45,136 bases of DNA from Dimorphilus gyrociliatus (GCA_904063045.1 CAJFCJ010000089.1:1-45136); one strand, 5' to 3'; positions 22,830 through 36,604 are shown, counted from the first letter of the stretch. The notes: a model not told the origin generated them from the letters alone. A program made the numbers and translations.

Positions 22830-23494
22830 ACAGTGAAGCAGGTATGACAAAAAAATAATTTAAATGGAAGAATTGCAGTAAAAAAACCTGCTTTATCCAA
22901 GAGGCAGATAATAAGTAGGAAAGAGTTCTGTAGAGAGAGAGAGAAAAGTAGGGGATTAAAAATTGGAAAAAAGTAATTTTTTCTGATGAATCAAAGGTTG
23001 AGCTGCATCCCAAGAGAAGGGAGTTTGTTAGGAGGCCACCAGGTAAATGGAATGACCCCAAATATACCACAAAAACAGTAAAATTTGGAAGAGGGAATAT
23101 CATGGTGTTTGGCTACATCAAATTTACTGGAGATAGGGGCCAAATTTTGAGCAGTCATGTTGTCCCAAACTATAGGAGAGGGGAAATTTTCCAGCAGGAT
23201 GGGGCTAGCTGTCATACAGCAGATAGAACAAAATCGTACCTCAAGAGAAAGGGAGTAGAAACACTGGATCCATGGCCAGCAAACAGCCCAGATCTGAACA
23301 TAATTGAGCAAATATGGGGCATGTGCAAAAAATGTTTAATGGCACATAAGCCAAGAAACAAGGATGAGCAGTGGGAGATGTTCAGAGAAGAATTTTTTAA
23401 AATTTCAGAAGTGGAAATTCAATTCTTATATGAGACAATGGAAAGAAGGCTTAGGGCAGTTGTAGAAGCTAAGGGTATGCACACAAAATATTAA
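22830..23494 (+). mobile_element. Tc1-like transposase remnant (DD35E spacing)
   Basis: GRIAVKKP, WKKVIFSDESK, TVKFG.G.IMVFG, FQQDGASCH and WPANSPDLNIIE motifs are present. There is a frameshift at a GA microsatellite and an internal deletion after TGDRG. The 5' end is missing. Confidence 0.9.
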
Positions 23495-23544
23495 GGCATT
23501 AAAAAATATAATATCCTGTAAATAACAGTCAAAATAAGAACAAA

Positions 23545-23745
23545 AAAAGACTTATATTTATACTCCATAGTTGCTAATATCTATTCTTTTCTTTAGTTAA
23601 CTTATAGTATCATACCTCTTCAATACATACATTATCATATTTTTTTTATTTCTATATAACTCAACAATAACAGTTTTACTTGGTCACAGCAAGAGATTCA
23701 CCACCAATGGGTACGATTTCACCCAGATACAGTTTCACCTGTTAC
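23545..23745 (+). mobile_element. Right-end fragment of the 9195-10000 DNA transposon family
   Basis: Colinear homology to ~9770-9960, including GGGTACGATTTCACC-type repeats. Confidence 0.55.
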
Positions 23746-23779
23746 CAAATACTTTGTGTCTATTTGATTTTGTAAATAA

Positions 23780-25468
23780 TTAACATGTTATTTTTACTTT
23801 AGTATTTTTGTTTTGCAGTCTTAAAATATATGATTGTTGATCCTTTGTTTGTTTACAGGCTCCAAAATTAATGATTCTTATAGTTTTAGATGATTGAAGT
23901 CCATCACAAATTTCAGCAAGTCCATTATCAACATTTCGATTTCCAAATAGAGAAATGACTTCAATTCTAGAACAACATTTTAACATTTTACCAATATTTA
24001 TACATTGATTTTCACTTAGATTACAATCACTCAAATCAATTTCTTTTAAAGTATTGCGTAATGATTCAGAAATTGTATCACAAACAATCAATAATCCATT
24101 TCCTAGTTCTCTATTGCCTGATAAATTAATTATTTCTAATTTGAAACAAACTTTCAAAACATTTCCCAAGATTTCACATTCTCTACTCATTATTTCACAT
24201 CTACTAAAATCAATCACTACCAATGTTTTTGATGAGTGAATCAGTCCATCACAAATTTTTAAAAATCCACTTTTCATGTTCAAATTCATTGATATATCAA
24301 ATATTTCTATATTATTACAAGCATTCAGCATATTTCCAATAAAGGTACACATTGTTAATTGACACTTTTTAAAATTTATCCTCTGTAAAACATGAGATGA
24401 TTGAACAAGTCCATCACATATCTCTAATATTCCATTTCCCATATTATTATTCCAATGTAAATCAATTGTTTCTATATTAGAACATTTTTTCAGCAAATCT
24501 CCAACAAAAATACAATGAATTTTTGTCAGATTACATAAACTAAAATCAATATATTTCAATGTGTTTGATGAATTTTCTAATCCATCACAAATCTTTGATA
24601 TTCCATTTGATATTTTTATATTATTAATTAATAAAATTGTCTCTAATTTAGGACAATTTCTCAAAATATTTTCAACATCTATACACTGATTCTCCGTTAT
24701 ATTACAATCACTAAAATCAAGATATTTTAAAGTGTCTCTTGATTGTATAAATCCATCTTTAATCCCCAATAATCCATTAAATATATTGAGATTACCAAAT
24801 AATTCAAGTGTTTCCAAATTAGAGCAGTTTTTAAGAAAATTTCCAAAATTTTTACATCCATTCTCTGTTAGGCCACAATGGCTAAATTGTAGTTTTTTTA
24901 ATGTTTTTGATGATTTCGTTAGTTCATCAATAATCAGTACTAATCCATTTTCCATATCTCCATTACCACATAAATCCATATTTTCCATTTTGGAACAAAA
25001 ACTCAACATTTTCACTAAATTTATTGATTGTTTCTTATTTAGGTTGCATGAATTAAAGTTAACATTTTTTAGTGTATTTGATGATTGAACAAGTCCATCA
25101 CAGATATTTAAAATCCATTTTTCATATCCTGATTCCAATGTAAATCAATTGTTTCTACTTTCCAGCAATTTTCCAGCATATTTCCAATACTTAGAGATTG
25201 TTTTTCTGTTAAGTTACTTTCGCTAAAATCAATATAATGTATCTTTTGATTGGGCGAGTCCATTACAAATCTCAGAAAATCCATTTCCCATTCTTTTACT
25301 ATTACAAATTTTTATTGTTTCTAGCTTCGAAAATTTGAATAACATCTTTCCAATATTCTTAATCTGCTTTTCAATGAGATTACAATCACTGAAACAAATA
25401 CAGGTTAAAGTATTTGGTAATTGAAAGAATCCATTGTGTATTTTTGGAAGTTCATCATTCATTTTCAT
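23780..25468 (-). pseudogene. RI-like LRR array (57-aa A/B units); 452-aa open segment with two upstream frameshifts
   Basis: About eight units of the pattern LxKCSxIExIDLxxNxxMGNGxxxICDGLxxSSxxLxxIxFxxCxL. Frame breaks at ~25105 and ~25230. Paralog at 35443-36604. Confidence 0.85.
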
Positions 25469-25835
25469 TTAAAAGAACAGTATGATATTGTCAAATATAA
25501 TTGGAGAGAGAGAGAGAGGAGATATGAATGAAGAGAAGAAAAAAACACATAAATTTTGCAATTCTTTTAACTCTATCCCAGAAATGGTTTAAAATTCTAT
25601 TTATAGATATTTTATACTATATATTATTTTATGTTGGTAAATAGGCCTACAAGACTTCAAAATAGAATATTGATAAAGGATGCATTATGCATCCCATCAA
25701 TATCTAAACTGTCACATTTAGTACATCAGCATATACTATATACAACAAAGTACATTAATCACTGTAGATAGTTTTATAAATCAATTATATAATTCAAATA
25801 AAGTAAATTATTTAACTAAATTTTTTTGATACAAA

Positions 25836-26510
25836 CTAATAGACATGAAGAAATCTTCAGGAAATAAGATATGAAATGTCAACATCATCAACATGAAAAT
25901 TTTTTTTAAAAAGGTGAAATTAATGCAAAACAGCTTCTTTAATTGTGCTTAGAATTGTATCTATTAATTCAAATTAAGATTACTTTAATTAAATGCCTAT
26001 TATGCTTTCATTTGAAGTTTTAGATGACATGCATTATTTAGACAAGGATTGGAAGAAACCATACCAAATGTTAATAATTATAATGAAATTTAATCTCCTA
26101 CTGTACTCTTTGAAGAAATTCTTTAATAAAAAATAAATTTGATTTTACATCAAAAATATCTTCGTCTAACTACAAGTTATTTTTTAGGGGACTTCTTCAA
26201 AAAAGTCTGTAAATGAGATCTAGTATAAAAAAATTTGTTTATCAGTGTCATATTTCAGTTTAACAGAGATTGTATGAGAAAACTACATGTGCAAACTTGA
26301 AAAAAGCCATTCAAATTTTGGCTTGTGTGGAAATTGCCCATGAAAGATTATTAAGTGTTCTTGTATATTTTGGGTCTTCTATAAAGGGGAAATATACCCA
26401 AGATTGAGAGATTTCGTTCTTTCCATATCCATGAAGAGGTAGGCAGGTGGAGATATTTATATATTTGTTTTCAATGAGTCTATTAAAAAATTATGCATGC
26501 AGCACGTGTT
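25836..26510 (+). repeat. Segment duplicated at 37635-38099
   Basis: Three colinear blocks are shared (ATAGACATGAAGAAATCTTCAGG..., GATTACTTTAATTAAATGCC...GGAAGAAACCATACCA, GGCAGGT...AAAATTATG). Confidence 0.8.
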
Positions 26511-26511
26511 A

Positions 26512-27579
26512 TTACATTCCAGTGCTTTTAATGTTTCTGATAGTGTTGCTTGTAGTCAATGAGGTTTCGGCCATTGAACTTTTGGATAAGTGTTTGTTTT
26601 TGTTAAATAGCTTGAAAAATTCTTTCCGAAATTTTTTGCCACTTAAACAGTAACAATAGAAATTAAATGAGTGATTTGATTTATCAAACAAATCGCAGAA
26701 TAGGGCAGCCTTCTTTAGGAAGAGTGCATCATCAATTGTTGGAGCTGTTAAAATATATCTAACATAGACAAACAATGCAGAGCTAGGGATTGAAGAGAGA
26801 ATAAAATATATGGAAATTATTATTAGGATAATTGAAGAATTTCTCATTTTATCGGATTGTTTGGAATTTGCGGTAGAAGAAAGGTTTTGTCTCTCTTTTC
26901 CTGCACTGATAAGAGCTCTTAGTATTAGGATGTTAGTTATAACAAGGATAATTCCAGGTATAAAGGTAGTAAAGACTATTTCCAATGTTGGAGTGATTTT
27001 TTTTAAATAATAATCCCATTCTTTTGTTTTTGCCAAACAAAACAACAGTCCCGCCCATTTATTCGATTTATTACTTATCAGCCACACTCTATCATACATT
27101 AGATAAAACACAGAATTAGCTGCCATTGAAATGAGAGTTATAGCTAGAATAATAAGGTAAGTTCTCTTTTTGTTAACTAGGCTTTGTGCTCTTGTCGGCA
27201 ATAGAATGTAAATGCTCCTATCAACGGTCATAGAACACAGAAATAATACACTAAGTTGTTTTGCAAACTTGGTAAAGTAGTTTTTACTCATGCAAACCAC
27301 ATATAAAACTATCTTCGTATTACTGTAGAATGTTTCTTCAACTGTATAAAAGAAATCTAATGTAAACATAACAATAAGAACTAGCGTGTCTGCCAAAGCC
27401 AAAGCTCGAAGATAGATTGATGTTGTTGTTCCACTCATATAACTTTTTGCAAATATTGCATAACTGCAAACATTACCAAAGATACCCATAATGACAAGAA
27501 GAGATCCAACAGATTGTCTTCCATAAAACCAATCTCTAGCGTCCTCGTAATAAATTTTGGTAGCATTGCTATTATTCAT
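26512..27579 (-). CDS. Intact intronless rhodopsin-class (peptide-receptor-like) GPCR, 355 aa
   Basis: ATG to stop, an N-terminal N-glycosylation site, seven hydrophobic segments, GIFGN, LRALALAD, TVDRS and NHSFNFYCYCLSGKKFRKEF. Confidence 0.93.
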   Translation of the reverse strand: MNNSNATKIYYEDARDWFYGRQSVGSLLVIMGIFGNVCSYAIFAKSYMSGTTTSIYLRALALADTLVLIVMFTLDFFYTVEETFYSNTKIVLYVVCMSKNYFTKFAKQLSVLFLCSMTVDRSIYILLPTRAQSLVNKKRTYLIILAITLISMAANSVFYLMYDRVWLISNKSNKWAGLLFCLAKTKEWDYYLKKITPTLEIVFTTFIPGIILVITNILILRALISAGKERQNLSSTANSKQSDKMRNSSIILIIISIYFILSSIPSSALFVYVRYILTAPTIDDALFLKKAALFCDLFDKSNHSFNFYCYCLSGKKFRKEFFKLFNKNKHLSKSSMAETSLTTSNTIRNIKSTGM

Positions 27580-28319
27580 ATTTAAAAATATTATGGTAAT
27601 ATTCTAAAACAATTTACTGACAAATTCTTAGTCCTTTATAAGAAGAATGATAGGCCTAAAGTTCATGAAACACAGTAGTTTTTTTTACTCATTAAGGGTA
27701 TTTGCAGAGCTTAAAAACAATAACCTCAAGGAGCCGACAGATATCACTTTACAATTTAATTCTATTTATAGAAACAACAGTATTATAAACTCCTTTATTC
27801 TTTTACATGAACATAAAAAACATGAATTCATTTATTGATAATTACAGAATAAGAAAATGTTCATTGATTATAAATAGACTATGCCATTTTTCTAATTAGG
27901 AATCTTTTTATCATTTATTGCTGTCTTATTTAAGTTTTAATTGTTTTCGCAAAGAATACATCTTTATGAACCAACTGGTTCATAAGTTTGGTTAGGCAAA
28001 AGGCAAAAATAATTAATAATTTATATTTAAAATTTTCTGATTTTTTATTAACATCATAAATAATTACATCACTATTTTTGTATTGACATGAAAGAATCCA
28101 AACTCATCAAGAAAGTGCACACCTATTGGATAAAATGACAATCCTGGACACACTTATGGATATTTTGCACATCTACTTCTCCCTTATTTCACATTTAGGT
28201 TGAGGAAAATATTGGAAAATCACCCTGGTAGGTTATATAAACAACTGCCATTTCCTCACCTTTTAAAGTTTACTTATAGGCTACAATCTTGAAAATAGAT
28301 TACATTTGCTAATGTCAAA

Positions 28320-30890
28320 TGGGAGGGATGCTATATATTGTCCCAAAGGTACAATACCATGCAATTCAACTGGAACATGTGTCAGTCAAATGTGTATTTG
28401 TGATGGTGTATTTGATTGTTTAAATGGTGAAGATGAGTCATTTTGTCGAAACAATCAAATCCATTATTTCCATTGTGATAACAAAGAGAAAATTGCTTAT
28501 CAACACCTTTATAATCATATAAATGATTGCACCAACAAACTAGATGAATTGTATTGCAGTAAGGAGACATTTTATCTTTGAACTGTTATCAATTAATTTT
28601 AAAAACATACAGCATTCCCATCTTGTAATGCCAATTTTAGGTTTAAATCTTTGTTTTCAATGTTTCAATAAAAGTTCAAATATTTGCAAATCTAGGTGTG
28701 ACAATGGTCAATGCATTAATGAAGCATTAATATGCAATGGTGAAAAAGATTGCTTTGATGGCTCAGATGAAGCTTGCTTCATTCCTCCTAACAGTAATTT
28801 TATCTTTTTTGGCTTTGGGAGATGGCGATCATGGAAAAAGTCTGCAGAGATACGGAAAACATCTATAAAGTACACTTTTTTCCCCCCAAGTCTCAAATAT
28901 TCTATTATGTAGATGTAGATTTCTACATTTCTTCATTTTTATATAAGTCTGCTTCATGTTTTAACTTTTGAACAATGGCATAATTTGAAATGAATTGAAT
29001 GATCTAATCCATGTATCTTAAGCTTAGACAACTCATTACATTCTTGTAGGTGATCTTTTATAATTTCAAACATCTTTTTGATGTATTCTGATGGTAAAAC
29101 TGGTGAAAGAATGTCTAATTGCAAACCATTCTCCTATCCATTTTTGTATTATGTGACTGTTTTCCTATTTCTTCTATTAGTTTTTCTTTTTACAATTTTT
29201 TCGTGCCGCCATTTTGAAAGCTGACGTAATAGCTTAAAATAAGAAAGAGTAATCCTTTTGCATTTTCCTAATATACAATTCTTAAATTACTAACCAATAA
29301 AGAAAAAACTAGTGGTTGAAGAATTTTTCAAGTAATCAACCTCTCATTGGACGTTTTCCATTTTGAACTTTTTCCATGATATCCATCATTAACCCTAACC
29401 CTCAAAACCTATGGAAATGTTTTATCTTTGCCACACTCACTATTCTATTTGTATGATGATAAGTGTGAATTTTTCCCTTTTTTCTGTTCAATAAAATACA
29501 GGTTGCAAAAGACCAGCTGAGCAGTTTCACTGTGATGATAAATGCATCAAAGTCATAGATATGTGTGATAATGTCAAGCATTGTAATGATTTTTCTGATG
29601 AGATAATTCAAAATTGTGTAGAAAGACAAGGATTTAATTTTAACACAGCAGAAAAGTTGTATTAATGTGTAGTAAAATATGATACTTTTGGTAATTTACT
29701 CTCCAAAGTACATTCACCTTATGAAGATTTATTTTATTGCCAACAATTCAAGTGTCCTGACGATCATTACAAGTGCTATCTTGCTGGTTATTGTATTTCG
29801 ATCGAACAAGTATGCGATGGTGTTGGACATTGTCCCAGAGCAGATGATGAAATTGACTGTGACAATTTTTATCCATCAGGATATTTCAAATGTCGCCATG
29901 ACAGACATTTCATTGATATTAAAAGTTATTGCGATTCTAAAATGGATTGTATGATGGGAAGTGATGAATTGCTATGCTCTCAAATTCCACCATGTCCACC
30001 AAAATGTTTTTGTTTTCCATTCCATATAGTTATGTGTGATTTTCAATTTCAGACACATTTCGATATAAGTGAAATCCAGAATGGAATGTATAAGACAATC
30101 TGTACAAAATCTGGATTAATATATTCACCAAAAGAAAGATTTCAAAATTATTATTTAACTAAAATTCTATTTATAGATTCACAATGGATAAATTTAATTG
30201 ATTTTTCATATTCCTTTCCAAATGTTGTAAATATTACCTTGATAAGAAGCAACATTACAAATTTTTATACTATTTTTAAATCTCCAATGAATAATTTGCT
30301 ATTTTTATATTTAACTGATAGGGCAATAACCAAATTACACTTTGGATTTCATTTATTTCCAAATTTGAAGATCCTGGATTTGTCTAGAACAAACATTAAA
30401 ATGATTAATAATGAATTTTTCAAAGGAATTACTAAACTTTCATCTCTTTATTTGACAGAAAACGACTTTCAGCATATTCACAAAAGTGCATCCAAATATT
30501 TGAGAAATATCTCTGAGTTGTATATGAATAATACTCAGTTTCCTATTGAATCAATTTTTCATTTTATGAAGGAGTTAAAAAATATTAAGATATTGAATAG
30601 CATATTTTTTGAATCTTGTTGCATTGCCAAGAAAGTTTCAAGTAAATTGAAAAATTGCCAACCAAGCGAAACATTAATAAAATCTTGTGAACATCTCTTG
30701 GCTAACGATTTATTAAAATTAATTGTCTGGATAACTGGTTTACTTTGTATTTTACTAAATTGTTTGTCAGTATTCTTTAGGATAATCTTAAAGAGGAAAA
30801 ACAGAAACTACACATTGCTATTATTAGCTGTATCAGATTTCTGTGTAGGAGTTTATCTTTTAACCTTAGCTGGAGTCAGCATGAATGAAA
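28320..30890 (+). pseudogene. GRL101-like LDLa-repeat/LRR GPCR, damaged and truncated after TM2
   Basis: Multiple LDLa repeats (CICDGVFDCLNGEDE, CNGEKDCFDGSDE, CDNVKHCNDFSDE, CDGVGHCPRADDE, CDSKMDCMMGSDE), then LRRs, a hinge (CCIAK..C.PS...CEHLL) and TM1-TM2. It has stops and frameshifts and ends ~80 bp before the mariner. Confidence 0.8.
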
Positions 30891-30970
30891 ATGGAAAATC
30901 CCAAAGGTAGTAACAGGCATTCAGTCCTGAATCAACTCCCTTAGTGAACAGGTCTAGTATTATTTTTATA

Positions 30971-32294
30971 TATTAGGTATGAATGAAAAGTTTTGGTCAC
31001 TGTGTGTTTTTTGTTAGAAATATTTGATGAATGTGATTAATTTTTGTGTATGTTAAAGCCTAAAGTATATGCTACAAATATTGATAATTTAATTTTTCAA
31101 TAGTCCCCTCCTTTTTCTATACAAGCCTGCCATTTGCTAGGAAGTAGAGTGATGCCGTTCTGGTAAAACAAGGTTGGCTTTCTCCTCAGAAAATCTTTGA
31201 CATCTGTCTTCAATTCCTCCAAATTGTCATAATGGGATCCTCTGATATGGTCCTTCAATCTCCCAAAAAGATAATAGTCAGAGGGAGCCAAATCAGGACT
31301 GTAGGCTGGGTGAGGGCATAATGACCACCCTTGATCTCTTATGAAATCTGTTGTGTAGAGACTTGTATGCAGTCTTGCATTATCATGCTGTAGTATCATT
31401 TGTTTTCCAGGTCTAATTCTATGCAACCTCTTCCTTAGTCTCTTTAGGGTCTCAACATATTGTATTGAGTTGACTACTTCTCCATACTCCATGAATTCAA
31501 TGTGGACTAAACCAGAATAGTCCCAAAAAACTGAGCACATCAGTTTTTCTGCTGACTTGGCCATTCTAAGCTTCTTGTCAGGTGGAGATGATGTGTGTTT
31601 ATAAGTCAAAGAAGACCTTTTAGATTGTGGATCATAGAGGTGTACCCAGGTTTCATCTCCAGTCACAATTTTTTCTAAAAAGTCTCTTCCTTCTGCCATG
31701 TATCTTTCAAGTAGCTCTATACAATGACTCACCCTCACCTGCTTCTGGTCCAGATTGAGAGCATAAGGAATCCATTTTGCACAGATCTTTCTGTATCCTA
31801 GCTCCTTTATAATTTTCCCTACAGTCTGTTGACAAATTTCTATTTGTTGGGCAATTGCTCTCTGAGAAATGGTCTGATCTTCTCTGATAAGCCTGTCAAT
31901 TTCTTCTCTATTCTGACCTGTTACAACTGTGCTTGGACGACTAGATCTTGCCAAATCTTCAAAATTTTTTCTTCCTTTTTTTATGTCAGATACCCACCTC
32001 CTTATTGAACTTTCACTCAGAGTTTCATCCCCACAAAAGCTTTTTATAAATTTGTCTCGCAGACACCTTCTCATGCACTAAAAATGCTATGATTGGTCAT
32101 TGATCGGAATGTGTGCACATGACTTGCAGTTGCTTATACCAAAATAAATTTGTAATGCCTCAACAGAATCGAATGAAAGTTTGCACAGTGAAAGTTTACT
32201 AATTTCCTAAGATTATTGGAAAGTATCAATGATATTAGTTAAGCCGTTTTAAAATTACAGCACAGTGACTGAAACTTTTCATTCGTAACTAATA
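30971..32294 (-). mobile_element. mariner DNA transposon, full length
   Basis: ~34-bp TIRs (TATTAGGTATGAATGAAAAGTTTTGGTCACTGTG, four mismatches between the two), TA flanks, ~1.32 kb. Confidence 0.93.
31097..32074 (-). pseudogene. mariner transposase (DD34D) with a damaged N-terminus
   Basis: WIPYAL, VTGDETW, QHDNARLH and YSPDLAPSDY are present. The true N-terminus (DQ*PIIAFLVHEKVSARQIYKKL) is in another frame and carries an in-frame TGA. Confidence 0.88.
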
Positions 32295-32527
32295 TATATA
32301 TTTATATTTTTCCAGATTCTCTTCCAATTTTTACATTTTCTGGGTAATTGTAGGCCAATACATTGGAAAGATTGTCTAATCTTTAGAAGTGTTTTCAGCA
32401 TGAGGAATCAATATAGTAACAGCACTGCAATATGAATGACAATAACACAAAAAGTCTAAAACATTTCTTAAAATCTTGCATTAGCAAAAATCAGATATTC
32501 GACATTTTTGATGATTAACTATTTGTT

Positions 32528-34181
32528 CTACTTTCTAATTGAAGTTTTTACACAAAAGAAAGGATTGTAATAAATCCCCAACATTTTTATTGTTTGTCCA
32601 TCTATTGGAAAATAATTCAAAATTTCATCATTCTTATAAATACCATATGATAAATTTTTCATTTCTATTTTAGAGCATTTTTTTTGTAGATTTTCAAATT
32701 TTGCAATTACTTTTTCAACTAACGAGCAGCTGCTAACATTGATTTGCTTTAATGATTCTAATGATTGTTTGAGTCCTTCACAAATATCAAAAAATCCATT
32801 ACTCATTTTCATATTCCCAGAAAAAAATATTTCTTCAATTTTAGAACATTTTTTTAAAAGAATTCCAAGTTTTTTGCATTGATCTTCTTCTAAATTGCAT
32901 TGTTGGACATCAATACATCGTAATGTTTTTGATGATTGTTCAAGTCCTTCACAAACTTTAGAAAATCCATTTCCCATTATCTTGTTACATTTTAAATCTA
33001 TTATTTCTATTTTTGAACAGTTTTTTAAAAGATCCCCAAATTCTGTGCATTGGTTTTCTTGTAAATAGCATTTGTTAAAATAAATATACTTGAGTGTTTT
33101 TGATGAATTCTTAAGTCCATTACAAACATTGCTAAATTCATTCATCAATAATTTATTATCTGAAAGATCTATTGTTTCCACTTTAGAACATTTTTCTAAA
33201 AGATTTCCAATTCTCTCAATTTGTTCATATTTTAATAAGCAGCTTCTAAAATTAATAGACTTTAATGTTTCTGATGATTGTTTGAGTCCTTCACAAATAT
33301 GAGTAAAACCATTATTTATATTCCAATACTTAGATAAATGTATTTCTTCTATTTTAGAACATTTTTTCAAAAGATTTCCAAAATTTTCGCAATCCACTTG
33401 AACAATCACTAAAATTAATATAATTCAATGTTTCTGAAGATTGCGCAAGACTTTGACATATCTCAATAAATCCAGCACACATACCGTTATTCTCAGATAA
33501 ATCTACTTTTTCTATTTTAGAACATTTTTTTAAAAGTATTCCCAATTTTTTGCATTGTTCTTGTCTCAAATCACAGTTCAGAAATTTAATAGACTTTAAC
33601 ATTTCGGAAGATTGTTCAAGATATTTACAAATATAAAAGTTGCCATTGGAGATTCTTGTATTGTTTGATAAATCTAATGCTTCTATTTTAGAACATTTTT
33701 TAAAAAGATTTTCCAATTTTATACATTGTTCTGATTTTAGAGAACAGTTGTTGAAAGCAATAAATTTTAATGTTTCTGATGATTGTTCAAGTCCTTCGCA
33801 AATGTCAAAAAAGCCATTTTGCATTTCAGGATTGAATGATAAATCTATGGTTTCTATTTTAGAACATTTTTTCAGAATGTTTCCAATTTTTGAGCAATGT
33901 TCTTGTTTTAAAGAGCAGTTATTAAAGACAGTACAATTTAATGTTTTTGATGATTTTGCAAGTCCTTCAAAAATAATTTTGTAGTTGTCAGTTTTCTCTG
34001 GCATATTGTTTTTTTCTAACCAAAATACAATTCTAACAATATCTTCTCTTTTCCATAGATTGAAATATAAAATTAAAATTTTTGAATATACAAAACATAC
34101 AAATATAAAATTTGAAATATTTAGTTGTGAAGATCTTGAAAGAATAAAATGACTTTCAGAGATTTCTTTGACAAAAGACAA
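32528..34181 (-). pseudogene. RI-like LRR gene with one frameshift at ~33400
   Basis: ORFs 33354..34181 and 32528..33409 carry consecutive 57-aa units (LKKCSKIETIDLSFNPEMQNGFFDICEGLEQSSETLKFIAFNNCSL). Confidence 0.85.
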
Positions 34182-34729
34182 GATTGGATATCCAGTGAAT
34201 TTCTTATGTTTAAGTACTAATAATAATCATAAAAACCTTGTTTACATAGGACAATAACAATAACATTTTAGGCTTATGAAATGGTTATAATATCAGTCAT
34301 GTTTTAAATTCGTAATATTTGCTTGTATCTAAAAAACATAACGTAATATTCTTACTCAAAAATATCTTACAGAAGGAGGGAAGCCATAGTAATAACCACC
34401 ATTTTAAATGGGTAATTGTAGTTATAAACATTTTATATTCATAAATTTCTAACAGTCACTCTATTAATTTACTAACTTTTAAATGTCAACGAAGTTGGGG
34501 AGAAGTTTCCCACTCTGAAAAAGTCAGCACAAGTTAGTCCTTTCAGTAGCAGGAGTATGACTAGATTGATGAAAAAAGGAGTATGTTTTCTCTTGGATAA
34601 AGAAAACTTCCATGTTAGAAAAGGCATTAATTTCTGAAACAATCCTCCTAGTAAACAGATCTAGTATAACTTTAGAATACAGTTATATTATTCCTACGAA
34701 TTGGTTATTTATATCATATTCTCTCAATT

Positions 34730-35190
34730 CTATATCCCTTCCTAAGTGGTTCACTCATAATTTGGTGCAATAGTCTCCTGCAATCCCAAAGCAAGAAAGT
34801 GCAAAAGCCATCAAGGAATGTACAGTTTTAAATAACTATATTGGATGATTGCAGATTTTCCATCAATGGGTCTGACAATTTTCTTTTGTGGCATATGGTG
34901 AAATTAAAAAATACATGAAGAATCTAAACACAGCACAACAGTTTAAAGATATAAATGACTCAAAGAAAACCATTCAAAAATGCAGAAACTGGATCAAGTG
35001 CTGTAGATTTAACTCCTATTTATTTATACAAGATATTTGGGCAAGATATATTTTTCCCATCAGACTTAACTGGTACACTACAATCAATATATTAATAATA
35101 CTAATAATAAAAGAAAAAGAGCTGTTCAACAGAATTCAAATTATTTTGAGGACTCTTCCAGCATTTCAAGTGCATATGTCTTATTAACTA
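34730..35190 (+). mobile_element. Possible highly degraded hAT-type transposase
   Basis: Weak fragments resembling YIPC..HSLNLV, C.TRW and F.FL...W motifs across frameshifts. Confidence 0.3.
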
Positions 35191-35442
35191 GTATGCATTT
35201 AAGTTTATTTTAATAGTTGACAATGCTTTCACTTTTTGTATGCATTCAGATGAATTTGTAAAAGAAGAAAAGCTTGATTCAATAAATAATCAAGAATATT
35301 TTTCTATTGACATTTCTAAGTTAAACCAGAAACTACATTGACATCAACTTCTAATCCATGGCTACTTTTCAACTAAAAGTAACAAAAGCAATATTTTAGT
35401 TGTTGCTACAAATATTTTTTGTCTATTTGATTTTGTAAATAA

Positions 35443-36604
35443 TTAACATGTGATCTTTACTTTAGTATTTTTGTTTTGCAGTCTTAAAATATATGATTGT
35501 TGATCCTTTGTTTGTTTACAGGCTCCAAAATTAATGATTCTTATAGTTTTAGATGATTGAAGTCCATCACAAATTTTGGCAAGTCCATTATCAACATTTC
35601 AATTTCCAAATAGAGAAATGACTTCAATTCTAGAACAACATTTTAACATTTTACCAATATTTATACATTGATTTTCACTTAGATTACAATCACTCAAGTC
35701 AATTTCTTTTAAAGTATTGCATAATGAATCAGAAATTGTATCACAAACAATCAATAATCCATTTCCTATTGCTCTATTGCCTGATAAATTAATTACTTCT
35801 AATTTGGAACAAACTTTCAAAACATTTCCCAAGATTTCACATTCACTACTCATTATTTCACATCTACTCAAATCAATCAATACCAAGGTTTTTGATGAGT
35901 GAATCAGTCCATCACAAATTTTTAAAAATCCACTTTTCATGCTCACATTCCTTGATATATCAAATATTTCTATATTATTACAAACATTCAACATATTTCC
36001 AATAAATGTACACATTGTACTAGTTAATTGACACTTTTTAAAATTTATCCTCTGTAAAACATGAGATGATTGAACAAGTCCATCACATATCTCTAATATT
36101 CCATTTCCCATACTATTATTCCAATGTAAATCAATTGTTTCTATATTAGAACATTTTTTCAGCAAATCTCCAACAAAAATACAATGAGTTTTTGTCAGAT
36201 TACATAAACTAAAATCAATATATTTCAATGTGTTTGATGAATTTTCTAATCCATCACAAATCTTTGATATTCCATTTGATATTTTCATATTACTAACTAA
36301 TAAAAATGTCTCTTATTTAGGACAATTTCTCAAAATATTTCCAACATCAACACACTGATTCTCTGTTAGCTTACAACCACTAAAATCAAGATATTTTAAA
36401 GTGTCTCTTGATTGTATAAATCCATCTTTAATCCTTGATAATCCGTTAAATATATTGAAATTACCAAATATTTCAATTGTTTCTAAATTAGAGCAATTTT
36501 TAAGTAAATTTCCAAAATTTTTACATCCATTTTCTGTTAGGCCACAGTAGCTAAATTGTAATTTTTTTAATGTTTTTGATGATTTCATTAGTTCATCAAT
36601 AATC
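35443..36604 (-). pseudogene. RI-like LRR array, duplicate of 23780-24900
   Basis: Colinear high identity to the 23780 copy. CGA has become TGA at ~35600, and there is a frameshift at ~36300. Confidence 0.85.

Noticed and set aside
25845-26400. Degenerate ATPase/NACHT (FEVLDDMHYL, Walker B-like)
   Set aside because: It has many stops and no Walker A motif. One short motif is not enough support.
23780-36604. CRISPR-like or satellite array from the 171-bp periodicity
   Set aside because: The periodicity is the 57-codon LRR unit. There are no identical repeats with unique spacers, and the context is eukaryotic.
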